51,831 nucleotides of DNA. It comes from Patescibacteria group bacterium. GTDB lineage: Bacteria > Patescibacteriota > Minisyncoccia > Phycocordibacterales > 21-14-all-36-13. Under the pieces are notes generated by a model. That model was not told where the DNA came from, searched no databases, and was given only the letters and a program-made list of their open reading frames with translations. Positions 9,533-20,827 of this stretch are shown piece after piece (position 1 is the first letter of the stretch; the number at the start of each line of letters is the position of its first letter). Made by a program: the position numbers and the translations under genes. The stretch is taken from contig JAHIHZ010000011.1 of NCBI GenBank assembly GCA_018899555.1, forward strand, positions 1 through 51,831, in the 5' to 3' direction.

Positions 9533-9825
9533 TTTTTTTATTTTACAAGAGATTCTTTAATTCGCTTTTTTATATATGTTCGAGCATTGCCATAATGTTT
9601 TAATCCTTTCTCCCGAGCTCTTGCATCTTCTTCGGATCTATATGATTCGCAATATACCAAAATCCACGGTATTCCAAATTTAGTTGATTGATTTATTCCA
9701 TCATTATGATGTTTAAGTCTCTCGGATAAATTTGTTGTAAATCCGAAATATAAATCTTTCGTTTTTTTGCTTTGAATCACATACACCGTATAAAGTTTCA
9801 TGAAGCTAATTATAAAATAAAAAAA
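9533..9825 (-). mobile_element. 293-nt insertion in a 16S V2 hairpin loop consisting almost only of a GIY-YIG ORF
   Basis: Bounded by an 8-bp inverted repeat, CTCAACAC (9525-9532) and GTGTTGAG (9826-9833). No group I core is visible. Confidence 0.65.
9538..9801 (-). CDS. GIY-YIG nuclease domain protein (87 aa)
   Basis: The N-terminus YTVYVIQSKKTKDLYFGFTTNLSERLKHHN is the GIY...YIG/R/E pattern of GIY-YIG domains. Confidence 0.8.
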   Translation of the reverse strand: MKLYTVYVIQSKKTKDLYFGFTTNLSERLKHHNDGINQSTKFGIPWILVYCESYRSEEDARAREKGLKHYGNARTYIKKRIKESLVK

Positions 9826-9925
9826 GTGTTGAGACTATCAGGTATTATCCCGCCTTTCGACGGATTATCCCTGACTTTGGGGGTCGTTCCTACGTGTTAC
9901 TACCTCGTTTGCCATGTTTTCTCGT

Positions 9926-10064
9926 CTACGGCGAGAACGCTGATGTTCGCAGATGGGGCTCGCTTGCGCTCGCCTTCGCAGATGTTCGCTGATATTTAAA
10001 AATTATATCTGCGTTAATCTGCGTTTTTTATCTGCGTTAATCTGCGGTCTTGTCGTAGACAAGA
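9926..10064 (-). repeat. 139-nt module expanding 16S helix 6 (V1); near-identical copy inside 23S (49169-49366)
   Basis: CTACGGCGAGAACGCTGATGTTCGCAGATGGGGCTCGCTTGCGCTCGCCTTCGCAGATGTTCGCTGATATTTAAAAATTATATCTGCGTTAATCTGCG... ...GGTCTTGTCGTAGACAAGA is shared with the 23S copy. Confidence 0.85.
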
Positions 10065-10137
10065 TACATTCGACTTGCATGCCTAATCCACATCGCCAGC
10101 GTTCATCCTGAGCTAGAATCAAACTCTAACTTAAAAA

Positions 10138-10155
10138 GTTGAACGAAACAAAAGA
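10138..10155 (-). promoter_or_regulatory. 5' half of 16S precursor processing stem
   Basis: Exact complement of 6345-6362. Lies just upstream (minus sense) of the 16S 5' end. Confidence 0.6.
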
Positions 10156-10596
10156 ATTGATAACTTGCCCCGTAAAATAAAAATTCTGAAAGAATTCTTA
10201 TTTTGCCAAAGGCAAAATATTTCACTGGGGTTTCCTTTTCTTTTATACTAAAAAATATTTTCAAAAAAATAGATAGGTTTCTATATTATTATTTCAAAGT
10301 TCGGTCATTCAGATAACTATGCTTCACTTTTAGTGAGTGAGAATGTAATTATATACAAAGGAAATTAAAAGTCAAAGTTTCAAAAAAGTTTACCCCGTAG
10401 CTTCGCGAAGCGAATGGTATGGGGCAAGAAAACAAAAAAACATCCCATTAGAAGTTCACCGAGAGTAAGTATTTTAATAGTGTGCGAAAGAGAATTCGCC
10501 TAACGGCTTTCTGTCTCAATCAAAAAGATTTCAGTATTAAACTTCTAACGGGACAAGCAAAAACAACCGAAAAAGAAGGGTTTTAACCCCACACTT

Positions 10597-11004
10597 ATGA
10601 AATTAATTGTGGGGTTGACAAAATTAAGGAAAAATGTCATGTATACCTCTGAATTGACACTGGAGAAAGTCGATGAGTTTCTTAAAGAACTCGAAGAAAA
10701 CGAAGAAAACCATTTAGTCTTCGGTTGTTACACAAAAGTACAAGGTAGGTGTGTTGATTTGTACTACCCCGCAATTAAATGCGAGGAAAAAAAATTCAAA
10801 TTTGTAGAAATAATTGAGGAACAAAATGGAATGGGGTGGGTGATGAGTGTAAAAATAAAAAAAGAAGGTTGGGCATCTCACACATACCATCGCGATTTAG
10901 CACTTGGCGTTGTCATATCAAAGCAAGAAATCCAAAAATTCCTCATGAAGATGGTGGATATTAGATTATGTGGAATCTATATAAAAACCACGAGACCAAG
11001 ATAA
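10597..11004 (+). CDS. hypothetical protein (start possibly at internal Met, 10639)
   Basis: 135-aa ORF with non-repetitive composition, followed by a strong terminator. Confidence 0.5.
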   Translation: MKLIVGLTKLRKNVMYTSELTLEKVDEFLKELEENEENHLVFGCYTKVQGRCVDLYYPAIKCEEKKFKFVEIIEEQNGMGWVMSVKIKKEGWASHTYHRDLALGVVISKQEIQKFLMKMVDIRLCGIYIKTTRPR

Positions 11005-11016
11005 GAATTCTTATCG

Positions 11017-11045
11017 ACCCCGGCATCTGTCGGGGTTTTTATTTT
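11017..11045 (+). terminator. rho-independent terminator
   Basis: ACCCCGGCATCTGTCGGGGT followed by a T-run. A second similar hairpin (AACCCCGACATCGTCGGGGTTTTT) lies at about 11123-11150. Confidence 0.7.
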
Positions 11046-11159
11046 TATTTTTTATCTCAGATTTTAATAGTCGCCTTATCTCTGCTATAGCAGAGGTAAG
11101 GCGACACTTTTATTTTTTCAATGGTTAACCCCGACATCGTCGGGGTTTTTATTTTTATG

Positions 11160-11282
11160 TCCGCGTTAAGTCCGCGTTAAGTCCGCGTTAAGTCCGCGTT
11201 AAGTCCGCGTATAGTCTGCATATTTAGTCCGCAATTTGTTATCTGCGTTCATCTGCGGTTTTTTATCTGCGTTTATCTGCGA
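11160..11282. repeat. tandem 11-mer AGTCCGCGTTA (about 4.5 copies) merging into ATCTGCG-type repeats
   Basis: gtccgcgttaagtccgcgttaagtccgcgttaagtccgcgttaagtccgcgta... then atctgcgttcatctgcggttttttatctgcgtttatctgcg. Confidence 0.9.
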
Positions 11283-11299
11283 ATTTTGCGAAAGCAAAA

Positions 11300-11878
11300 T
11301 TAAAGGTATTCAAACTCTTTAAAAACCGCTTCGTATAAATCTATTATCCTACTTGCCTCTCTGTGGGTCACAACAAAACTTGAACCGCCATGGGCTATGT
11401 CATTTCTAAATTTGTGCGCCTCCCATGCTTTCTCTATTGTATTGAAATCACTTTTTTCAACTGATTTTAGTTTTTCTCCTATATTTTCCTGTGTGTGCCC
11501 TATCTTTGTTAACATCTCTCCTAAAATTATGTCTGCTTCTAATATCGCAAGTTTCCAATCATTTTCATTTGTAGATTCAATGTGTCTCATTATTTGAGCC
11601 CACCTCTGATTCGTAGGATTACCTTGAGTATCAAGAAGCGCTTTCTCTGTAAGTTCATCTAATTTTATTTTTTCTTCTTTTCTTATTTGATTTATTCTGT
11701 TAACAACATAAACAATCCCAACAAGAAGCGCCAAAGAAAAAATCGCGGCAAATATTTTATAAATCTCCCAGAATTTCAAGAAATATTCGTAAGCAATTCT
11801 GTAATGCCCCACATCAAATAAAAGAAGATAGATTAATCTAAAAATATATTCAACATTTAAAAAATCAATTGATTGCAT
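11300..11878 (-). CDS. hypothetical membrane-anchored protein
   Basis: The ORF track runs to 11908, but the first 10 codons are CACAAAT-family repeat sequence, so the start is more likely MQSIDFLN at 11878. One TM helix, then a soluble helical domain ending ...NDIAHGGSSFVVTHREASRIIDLYEAVFKEF. Confidence 0.55.
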   Translation of the reverse strand: MQSIDFLNVEYIFRLIYLLLFDVGHYRIAYEYFLKFWEIYKIFAAIFSLALLVGIVYVVNRINQIRKEEKIKLDELTEKALLDTQGNPTNQRWAQIMRHIESTNENDWKLAILEADIILGEMLTKIGHTQENIGEKLKSVEKSDFNTIEKAWEAHKFRNDIAHGGSSFVVTHREASRIIDLYEAVFKEFEYL

Positions 11879-12020
11879 AAGCAATAAATTACAAATTACA
11901 AGCACCAAATCACAAATAAATCCTAAATAAAAAACCTAAAAACTACTTAGATATTTTAACATTTTATTAGAAATTAGAAACTGATAATTGAAAATTATTT
12001 TAATATTCTATATTAAAATT

Positions 12021-13472
12021 TTATTCTTCTCCAAGAAAGTTTTTGCCTATTTCAAACAAAACACTTTCGTCCATCTGCGGAGCAATTACTTGAAGGCCGA
12101 GTGGAAGTCCCCCATCAAAACTTCCGTCTAATTTTTTGTTTGAAGGAATTGAAATAGCCGGTAACCCAGCGTGGTTTGCCGGAACAGTAAAAATATCTTC
12201 CAAATACATTTTAATTGGGTCGTTTATTTTTTCTCCTATTTTAAAAGCGGGGCCTGTGGTTGTAGGAGTAATAATTGCATCTACCCCTGTCTCACCATTA
12301 GACGGATTAAATACATCTTCAAAATCTTTTTTTATCAACTCACGAACGGTTTGGGCCTTACCATAATAAGCATCATAATATCCGGCAGATAGGACATATG
12401 TTCCTAAAATAATTCTCCTACGAACTTCTTTCCCAAACCCGGCTCCGCGAGTTTTAAAATAATCATCTATTCCGTTTTCTCCATCTTTGTGTAATCCATA
12501 TCTAACTCCATCAAATCTTGCAAGATTTGCAGATGCCTCCGCCGGGAGAATTATGTAATATGAGGGAACAGCATACTTTATGTTTGGCAGAGAAATTTTT
12601 TTAATTTTATACCCCAAGCTTTCTAATTTTTTAATAGATTCATTAAAATTATTTTTTGCAAAATTATCTAATCCGTCTGTTTCATTTACAAAACTCGGCA
12701 CTCCAATAATTTTGATTTCTTGTTTTTTTGTTTTTTTGTTTTCTTCTATAGTTGTGCTATCCAATTCATCTTTTCCTTTTATTGCTTCAAATATTATTTC
12801 AACATCACTTATGGTTTTTCCCATAGGTCCAATCACATCAAGAGACGAGCCAAGCGCTATCAAGCCGCTTCGTGAAACAGAACCATATGTTGGTTTTAAT
12901 CCTACAAGACCACAAAATGACGACGGTTGTCTTATTGAACCTGCCGTATCGGAGCCCAGCGCCCCCATACAGCTATTCATCGCAACTGCAGATGCAGAAC
13001 CGCCTGAAGAACCCCCAGGGACCCTTTTTACATCAAGTGAATTTTTTGTAATACCAAAAGCAGATGTTTCTGTTGATGACCCCATTGCAAATTCATCCAT
13101 ATTTGTTCTACCTAAAAATACCGCGCCCGCATCTTTAAGTTTTTTTATTACAGTTGAATCGTAAGTTGCAGTGTAGTTCTCTAAAATTTTTGAACCAGCA
13201 GAAACTTTCTGTCCTTTTATTAAAATATTGTCTTTTATTGCTAAAGGAATTCCAGTAAGTTCCGAATATTTTTTTTCTTTTATTCTTTTGTCTGCTTCCC
13301 TTGCCTGCTCCAATGCCGTTTTTTCAAAAACTTCAATATAAGCATTTATATCTTTGTTTTTTTCTTTTATCGCATTTAGACATTCTTGAGTTAATTCCTG
13401 CGCAGAAAAATCACCATCTATGAGATGTTTATGTGTGGACTTAATATTTAAGTTTTTTATATCAATACTCAT
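12021..13472 (-). CDS. gatA: Asp/Glu-tRNA(Asn/Gln) amidotransferase subunit A
   Basis: 483 aa. Amidase signature GGSSGGSASAVA and overall GatA-like sequence. Confidence 0.92.
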   Translation of the reverse strand: MSIDIKNLNIKSTHKHLIDGDFSAQELTQECLNAIKEKNKDINAYIEVFEKTALEQAREADKRIKEKKYSELTGIPLAIKDNILIKGQKVSAGSKILENYTATYDSTVIKKLKDAGAVFLGRTNMDEFAMGSSTETSAFGITKNSLDVKRVPGGSSGGSASAVAMNSCMGALGSDTAGSIRQPSSFCGLVGLKPTYGSVSRSGLIALGSSLDVIGPMGKTISDVEIIFEAIKGKDELDSTTIEENKKTKKQEIKIIGVPSFVNETDGLDNFAKNNFNESIKKLESLGYKIKKISLPNIKYAVPSYYIILPAEASANLARFDGVRYGLHKDGENGIDDYFKTRGAGFGKEVRRRIILGTYVLSAGYYDAYYGKAQTVRELIKKDFEDVFNPSNGETGVDAIITPTTTGPAFKIGEKINDPIKMYLEDIFTVPANHAGLPAISIPSNKKLDGSFDGGLPLGLQVIAPQMDESVLFEIGKNFLGEE

Positions 13473-13483
13473 AAAATTACAAA

Positions 13484-14674
13484 TTAAATTATCACAAGAT
13501 TTGATATATTTTGTGATAATTTAATCTTCAAATCGTTTAAAAAAGATGGCTCATTATAATCTTTATAGGATATACCATAATGTTTCTTTATAAGTTGTTT
13601 CTGTTCAACCGAGAGTTTTTTCCCCAAACCTGAATCCACAATAGAAAACACAATATAGTCCTTTTTAAAATCTTCCAATGATTTATCTAAAAGTGGCGAA
13701 AGATTGCCATAAATCCATAAATTTTGCGGATTAAACAACTTTTTAAAAGTATACAAATAAGAATACTTATATAAATTTTCTAAAGAAATAGAAATACTAT
13801 TATAATTTGGTTCCAAAACGAAATCCCTATTTCTTTTTAAAGAATTAATGTCCCGAAAAGTGTAATAATACAAATCAAGTGATGAAGGATTTTTTTTAAG
13901 AATTTTTGATGGATATTTATCAATAAAACCATCTGTGGTTAAGAAATTTTTTAAAATAAAACTTTTATTATTATTAAATATAGAAAAATCAAAATTTCTT
14001 ATATAATCATAATCCATTCCTTGTCCTCTTTGATATAAAGCCATAACTATTGGAAATTTTGTTTTTCCTGTTCCATTAAATAATTCGCTAGAAAAAATTT
14101 CACCTTTAACTAATTTATAATTGTCTTTAAAATTTTTAAATCTATTAAAATTTGTTTGCTTAATAAGATACGACAAGGGATGAATAATACAAACTAAATC
14201 CGACTCAAGTTTATTGAAAGATTTTATAAAAGTAATACCAAGGTCTCTATCAAAAAGATCCGTGTCACAATCAAAAATACCCTTTTTACCCTGTTTAATT
14301 TCAGAAGTTATATCATTATACGGAGGGTTACCAACATTTATCAAAAAAGATTTTGAAGATATGTTAAATTTTTTTCTACTAACATCTTTTATGGAATTCG
14401 TACATACTATATTTCGGATACTAAAATTATTTTTCATAAAATCAACAGCTCGTTTATCAATATCCGCCAAAATAAAATTTCTATTTTCTTTATAAAAAGC
14501 CCCACAACCACAGGCATTATCGAAATAAACTATGTTGGATTTTTTAATATTTTGTTTAGATAAAAAACTGTCAATAAATTCATAAATTTTATCGACTATA
14601 ATTTCTGGCGTGTAAAAACTTCCGAGCTCTATTTTCTTATCTTTATTAAGATGAACTGAAACATTTTTATTCAT
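13484..14674 (-). CDS. N6-adenine DNA methyltransferase (gamma-class, TaqI/Eco57I-like motif order)
   Basis: Motif X GSFYTPEIIV, motif I YFDNACGCGAF and motif IV NVGNPPYND, in that order. Confidence 0.8.
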   Translation of the reverse strand: MNKNVSVHLNKDKKIELGSFYTPEIIVDKIYEFIDSFLSKQNIKKSNIVYFDNACGCGAFYKENRNFILADIDKRAVDFMKNNFSIRNIVCTNSIKDVSRKKFNISSKSFLINVGNPPYNDITSEIKQGKKGIFDCDTDLFDRDLGITFIKSFNKLESDLVCIIHPLSYLIKQTNFNRFKNFKDNYKLVKGEIFSSELFNGTGKTKFPIVMALYQRGQGMDYDYIRNFDFSIFNNNKSFILKNFLTTDGFIDKYPSKILKKNPSSLDLYYYTFRDINSLKRNRDFVLEPNYNSISISLENLYKYSYLYTFKKLFNPQNLWIYGNLSPLLDKSLEDFKKDYIVFSIVDSGLGKKLSVEQKQLIKKHYGISYKDYNEPSFLNDLKIKLSQNISNLVII

Positions 14675-15416
14675 AAGATTGTTCCAAAATTAGTTTTAAA
14701 ATTTGAATAATGTCATAATTGTGTCTTTTTGAACACATCGCAAATATCTTAACCAAATCAAATAAAACTTGGGCACTGTCTTTATTAAGTTCATAAATTA
14801 AAATATCGGTTTGAGCTGATGGTCTACCCAACAAATCTTTATAATTACGAAAAGTTTCAATTGGTATACAAAAATAGACCATTGGTTGTGTCCCAGATGC
14901 ATTTTGCTGTTGTTTTATGTGTATTTCAACCTGTGTCCCATCAACCGTTTCTGTCATAAAAAATGCGGGTAATTTTATACTTGTTTCCTCAAAGAGAATG
15001 TCATTTATTTTAACTTTTTTAGGATTTCCAACTTCAATTTTTCTTTCATCAATAAAATTAGAATAATTTTCTATCTCTTTTAACAAATTAGACATTTTTG
15101 TTTTTGGTATCAAACCAATTTTAATAGCCTCATATACTAATTCAGATAACTCATAAAGATATTTCTCTTTTCTGTTATCTCCTATAAAAGAAAATTTTTT
15201 TAGTTGAGTCTCTTTTTTGCCAGCTTTTATATCTGAAATAGTAGCATCATAACCAAGTTGCCATTCCAAATAAATTTTTTCATTAAAATTTTTACTTCTA
15301 GTTGCAAAAATTTCTCCAAAACCAAGGCCTGTTTCTCTTGTTTTGAATTGAAATTTTCCGGCATTTGTTGCTGGAATATTTATTATTATTTTGTTGTTTT
15401 TAACTTCAAAATTCAT
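14667..15416 (-). CDS. hypothetical protein, candidate cognate restriction endonuclease
   Basis: 249-aa ORF overlapping the methyltransferase start by 8 nt. No recognisable family. Possible D...EXK-like stretch in FIGDNRKEKYLYELSE. The assignment rests on position only. Confidence 0.4.
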   Translation of the reverse strand: MNFEVKNNKIIINIPATNAGKFQFKTRETGLGFGEIFATRSKNFNEKIYLEWQLGYDATISDIKAGKKETQLKKFSFIGDNRKEKYLYELSELVYEAIKIGLIPKTKMSNLLKEIENYSNFIDERKIEVGNPKKVKINDILFEETSIKLPAFFMTETVDGTQVEIHIKQQQNASGTQPMVYFCIPIETFRNYKDLLGRPSAQTDILIYELNKDSAQVLFDLVKIFAMCSKRHNYDIIQILKLILEQSYE

Positions 15417-15447
15417 ATTTTATACTAATTTAATTATACAATATTTT

Positions 15448-15777
15448 TCAAAGTATCTTTTTTACTTTCACATATCCATCTTTTGTGTTGGGCGCTTCTT
15501 TTAATAAGTCGCCACTAAATTCCCCCGCTTCTTGTGGGTTCTTATCTTCTCTCATTACATTCCTCAAATTTTTATCTGCGCCTGCCCCCACACCAAAAAT
15601 TTTGGTGTGGGGGCCTGCCCCGTAGGAAATTTGTTTTCCTTCGGGGTTAATCTGCGATACTTGTCCAACATAGTCAAGAATTGAATTTATGTCTTTGTTT
15701 AGACCACTAAATTCTTCCTCGGATATTTCAATCCTCGCGAGTTTTGAGAGTTTTTTTAATTCTTCGCTTGAAATCAT
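15448..15777 (-). CDS. gatC: Asp/Glu-tRNA(Asn/Gln) amidotransferase subunit C
   Basis: MISSEELKKLSKLARIEISEEEFSGLNKDINSILDYVGQVSQI is typical GatC. It carries a palindromic insert at 15574-15625. Confidence 0.85.
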   Translation of the reverse strand: MISSEELKKLSKLARIEISEEEFSGLNKDINSILDYVGQVSQINPEGKQISYGAGPHTKIFGVGAGADKNLRNVMREDKNPQEAGEFSGDLLKEAPNTKDGYVKVKKIL

Positions 15778-15862
15778 TTAGTAATGATAACATTTTAAAG
15801 CCGTATATTTAATAGTTGTCTTATATAGTTATAAAGTATCTATAACCGCTTTTAATCTATTA

Positions 15863-17926
<2,064 letters not shown>

Positions 17927-18066
17927 CTAAATCTCGAAGTGAAAAATGACAATGCAAAATGTTAAAATCGTTAAGCAAATTTTCTTTTAGAAAATTTGCA
18001 TCTAATTGTCCGTTCGCTTTCGGCGAACTCCACAATTTTGAATTTTGACTTTTAAATTTTGAATTT

Positions 18067-18531
18067 TTAATATGTTATCCTCATACCTCTTTCAACCCTA
18101 CGGGCATTTGCCAAATCACAGGTATTGTATCCCCGAGATTCAATTATTGTTTTTGTATCAGATTTGTTGACTGTTACTGTGGCGCAAAATGGTTCGGGAG
18201 AAAAATCTATATTAAATGTAGAAATGGGCTCGCCACCAACATTTTCTATAGTTTTGCCATCGCACTCTATTGTTGATGGCGTAGTGGTTGAAAATGCGTT
18301 CTTTTTTATATCCCAATAAAGCGCGCATTCTAATCCGGTATCAGCGGCATAAAAAGCAAACTGGGAATTCCTGCCATGAGATGACAAAATTAATTCTTTT
18401 AATGTTATGCTATAGATTGAAATTCCTATAGATAATAATAGAGAGGAAATAATCATCGCCATCAATAATGTGAAACCGTGTTTCTGGTTCTTGTTTGTGT
18501 TTTTTTTATTTTTTGTTATTGATGGATACAT
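18067..18531 (-). CDS. pseudopilin / minor type IV pilin-like protein
   Basis: Prepilin-type N-terminus ...KHGFTLLMAMIISSLLLSIGISIY. Confidence 0.6.
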   Translation of the reverse strand: MYPSITKNKKNTNKNQKHGFTLLMAMIISSLLLSIGISIYSITLKELILSSHGRNSQFAFYAADTGLECALYWDIKKNAFSTTTPSTIECDGKTIENVGGEPISTFNIDFSPEPFCATVTVNKSDTKTIIESRGYNTCDLANARRVERGMRITY

Positions 18532-18780
18532 GTTTATAATTCTAATTTAAAATGCAAATCTCAAAATGCCTGCCCGCCAATGCCAGAGCGATAATGTTTG
18601 TAATCTATATAATGTGGCATATTGTCAATATTATTTATATAACCATACAATTGTGCATTAGGCGATGGCAGGCGGGCAAAATGGCAGTTAAAAATGTAAA
18701 AAATAATAAATTTTTAAATTATCCTATTTTGAATTTTACATTGTCATTTTTAATTTTGATTTTTTAACTTTCAATTTTTA

Positions 18781-19338
18781 TTATTGCCAATTAAATAAAT
18801 TTTCTCTAACAGAAAATTCTTTTGTAAAAACTCCGCTCTTCCAAAATATTGTAACAAGTATGGATAATTCCTCTTCGTTTATACTCTTTATTTCCACAAC
18901 TCTATTAAATATAGAATCCTCCCAATTTGAATCATATCCGTAAAAACCGTTTATAGAATCAAATTGCAAATTTGGACAATTTTCACTACATTGAGATATT
19001 GTGTCGTTTACAGTATCAACCGCGCATTTTTTATCAATACACTCAGACAAGCCATTGATCCAACTTACCCCGCTTAATGTGTTTCCATCTCTTTTATTTC
19101 TTATATATTCTATAGCTTCCCCTGCGAGATGAAATGAGATTATTTGGCTCTTAGCAAAATTTGCAGATGATAAACTTTTTTGGACCACAACCATTGGGCC
19201 AACAATCGCTGATACTAAAATCGTTATAGCTATTAAGGTTTCCACCAATGTGAACCCGCTATTGTGGTCATTGTTGGCATCTGTTTTATTTTTTATTATT
19301 GGTGAATGCATGTTGTTTAAAAAATTTCCAATTCTCAA
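18781..19338 (-). CDS. pseudopilin / minor type IV pilin-like protein
   Basis: Prepilin-type N-terminus ...NSGFTLVETLIAITILVSAIVG. Confidence 0.7.
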   Translation of the reverse strand: MRIGNFLNNMHSPIIKNKTDANNDHNSGFTLVETLIAITILVSAIVGPMVVVQKSLSSANFAKSQIISFHLAGEAIEYIRNKRDGNTLSGVSWINGLSECIDKKCAVDTVNDTISQCSENCPNLQFDSINGFYGYDSNWEDSIFNRVVEIKSINEEELSILVTIFWKSGVFTKEFSVRENLFNWQ

Positions 19339-19452
19339 TTTCTAATTTCTAATGAAATATTAAATGTTAAATGTTAAATGTTAAATGTTAAATGTTAAAT
19401 GTTAAAAATCTGCGTTAATCTGCGGTTTCTATCTGCGCCTATCTGCGTTTTA

Positions 19453-20049
19453 CTAAAAATCTAAAATCCTTTGGCTCACCATGGTTTGAATATTAAAATT
19501 TGATTTTGTTTTTTCATTTTCTCCAGCGTGACCAGACAATACAATTAAAACTTTCGGTTGTTTATTATCACCTTCGCCTATGGTCTCTGACCCCTGAACA
19601 TAAAATGATAATGATTCTATTGTTATTTCTGGGGCAGTAATTGCAATAAAACTATTATTTACTCCACCACTTGTTGATTTTTCAATTTGAGTTCCATTTA
19701 ATCTATATACGACTTGGTCATTTGTAGAATCTGGATCGCCCCCCGTTGGTTCAAATGCAACATAGTTGCTTCCACCATTACAGTCTTTTGGTTCCCTTAT
19801 ATCACCAGAACCACAATGGTAATTTGTACCAACTCTCATTGTTCTTGTTATGTCCTCAATGGCAAAGCCAAGGTTGCTCATAACAAGTTGCAAAGATTGT
19901 GATTTTTTATTCGCACTAATCATACTTAGAAGCGAACCAACCCCTATAACCATAACCACAGAAAATAACGCAACAGCAACCATCATTTCTACCAAGGTGA
20001 ATCCTTTATTATAATTTTTACTACTGTTTTTTCCACTTTTTTGTTTCAT
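19453..20049 (-). CDS. pseudopilin / minor type IV pilin-like protein
   Basis: Prepilin-type N-terminus ...NKGFTLVEMMVAVALFSVVMVIG. Confidence 0.75.
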   Translation of the reverse strand: MKQKSGKNSSKNYNKGFTLVEMMVAVALFSVVMVIGVGSLLSMISANKKSQSLQLVMSNLGFAIEDITRTMRVGTNYHCGSGDIREPKDCNGGSNYVAFEPTGGDPDSTNDQVVYRLNGTQIEKSTSGGVNNSFIAITAPEITIESLSFYVQGSETIGEGDNKQPKVLIVLSGHAGENEKTKSNFNIQTMVSQRILDF

Positions 20050-20095
20050 TTTATTTCACTTTAATTATGGATGAAAAAGCTCTCCCAGAGCTTTT

Positions 20096-20827
20096 TCATT
20101 CTACAGATATTTGCCCAACAAATTTAACTAATACAGATTTTTCATCTCCGGTCGTTGAAGAAATATAAATACGCGCTGACTCATTCAAACCAAGAATAAT
20201 GTCTGACGATATTATCGCGTTGTGACTAGGTCTTTTAAAAAGAATATCCAATTTAGATCCACTATCACTACATGTTTCATTTCCCTTTAATGAAAATACG
20301 CAAAATTTACTTATAAAATTATTGCCCCTTATATTAATAATCTCAATTATCTCAGGTGTCCCGTCATATATATTATTTTTATTCGCATCGGCAAAAAAAA
20401 TGAAAGATTTATTATTTGCCGTATCAAAATGAACGCCATAGCCGACATTAAAATCTCCCGAACCGTATTCCCTTACCCCTGTTCCAAAAATTTGGGCCTG
20501 GCGTACAACAAGCGCAACTTCATAAGTTAAGTTGCTCAACCTAATAGTATTATTAAATTGGGCATCTCTTACCAGTATTATTGATGTTATTAGAGCAAAA
20601 ATTCCGGTTGTAACTATAAGTTCAACTATTGTAAACCCACACACTAATTTTCTTTTTGTTTTACCTGTATATTTTTTATAAAATATCTTGTTCAATTTAT
20701 TAAATATTATATTAAAAAACAAAATGCTAAATTTATTTGAAACCAGATTTAGTGTGTGGGTAAAGCCCGTTAGAAATTTTTTTCTATTGGTTGTATTCTT
20801 CTGGAAATCTGTTTTCATTTTTCTCAT
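20096..20827 (-). CDS. pseudopilin / minor type IV pilin-like protein with long leader
   Basis: CGFTIVELIVTTGIFALITSI sits about 70 aa from the ORF start, so the true start is uncertain. Confidence 0.6.
   Translation of the reverse strand: MRKMKTDFQKNTTNRKKFLTGFTHTLNLVSNKFSILFFNIIFNKLNKIFYKKYTGKTKRKLVCGFTIVELIVTTGIFALITSIILVRDAQFNNTIRLSNLTYEVALVVRQAQIFGTGVREYGSGDFNVGYGVHFDTANNKSFIFFADANKNNIYDGTPEIIEIINIRGNNFISKFCVFSLKGNETCSDSGSKLDILFKRPSHNAIISSDIILGLNESARIYISSTTGDEKSVLVKFVGQISVE

Noticed and set aside
11160-11282. Possible CRISPR arrays (tandem repeats at 11160-11282, 19355-19400, 2755-2860, 6248-6300)
   Set aside because: The units are only 5-11 nt long, are contiguous without unique spacers, and no cas genes are present.
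9112-11282. DnaA-box cluster / replication origin (TTATCCGCG, TTATCTGCG resemble TTATCCACA)
   Set aside because: The motif differs at the 3' positions that matter for DnaA binding. It is dispersed over the whole window, including inside rRNA, introns and ligA. No dnaA or dnaN gene is nearby.
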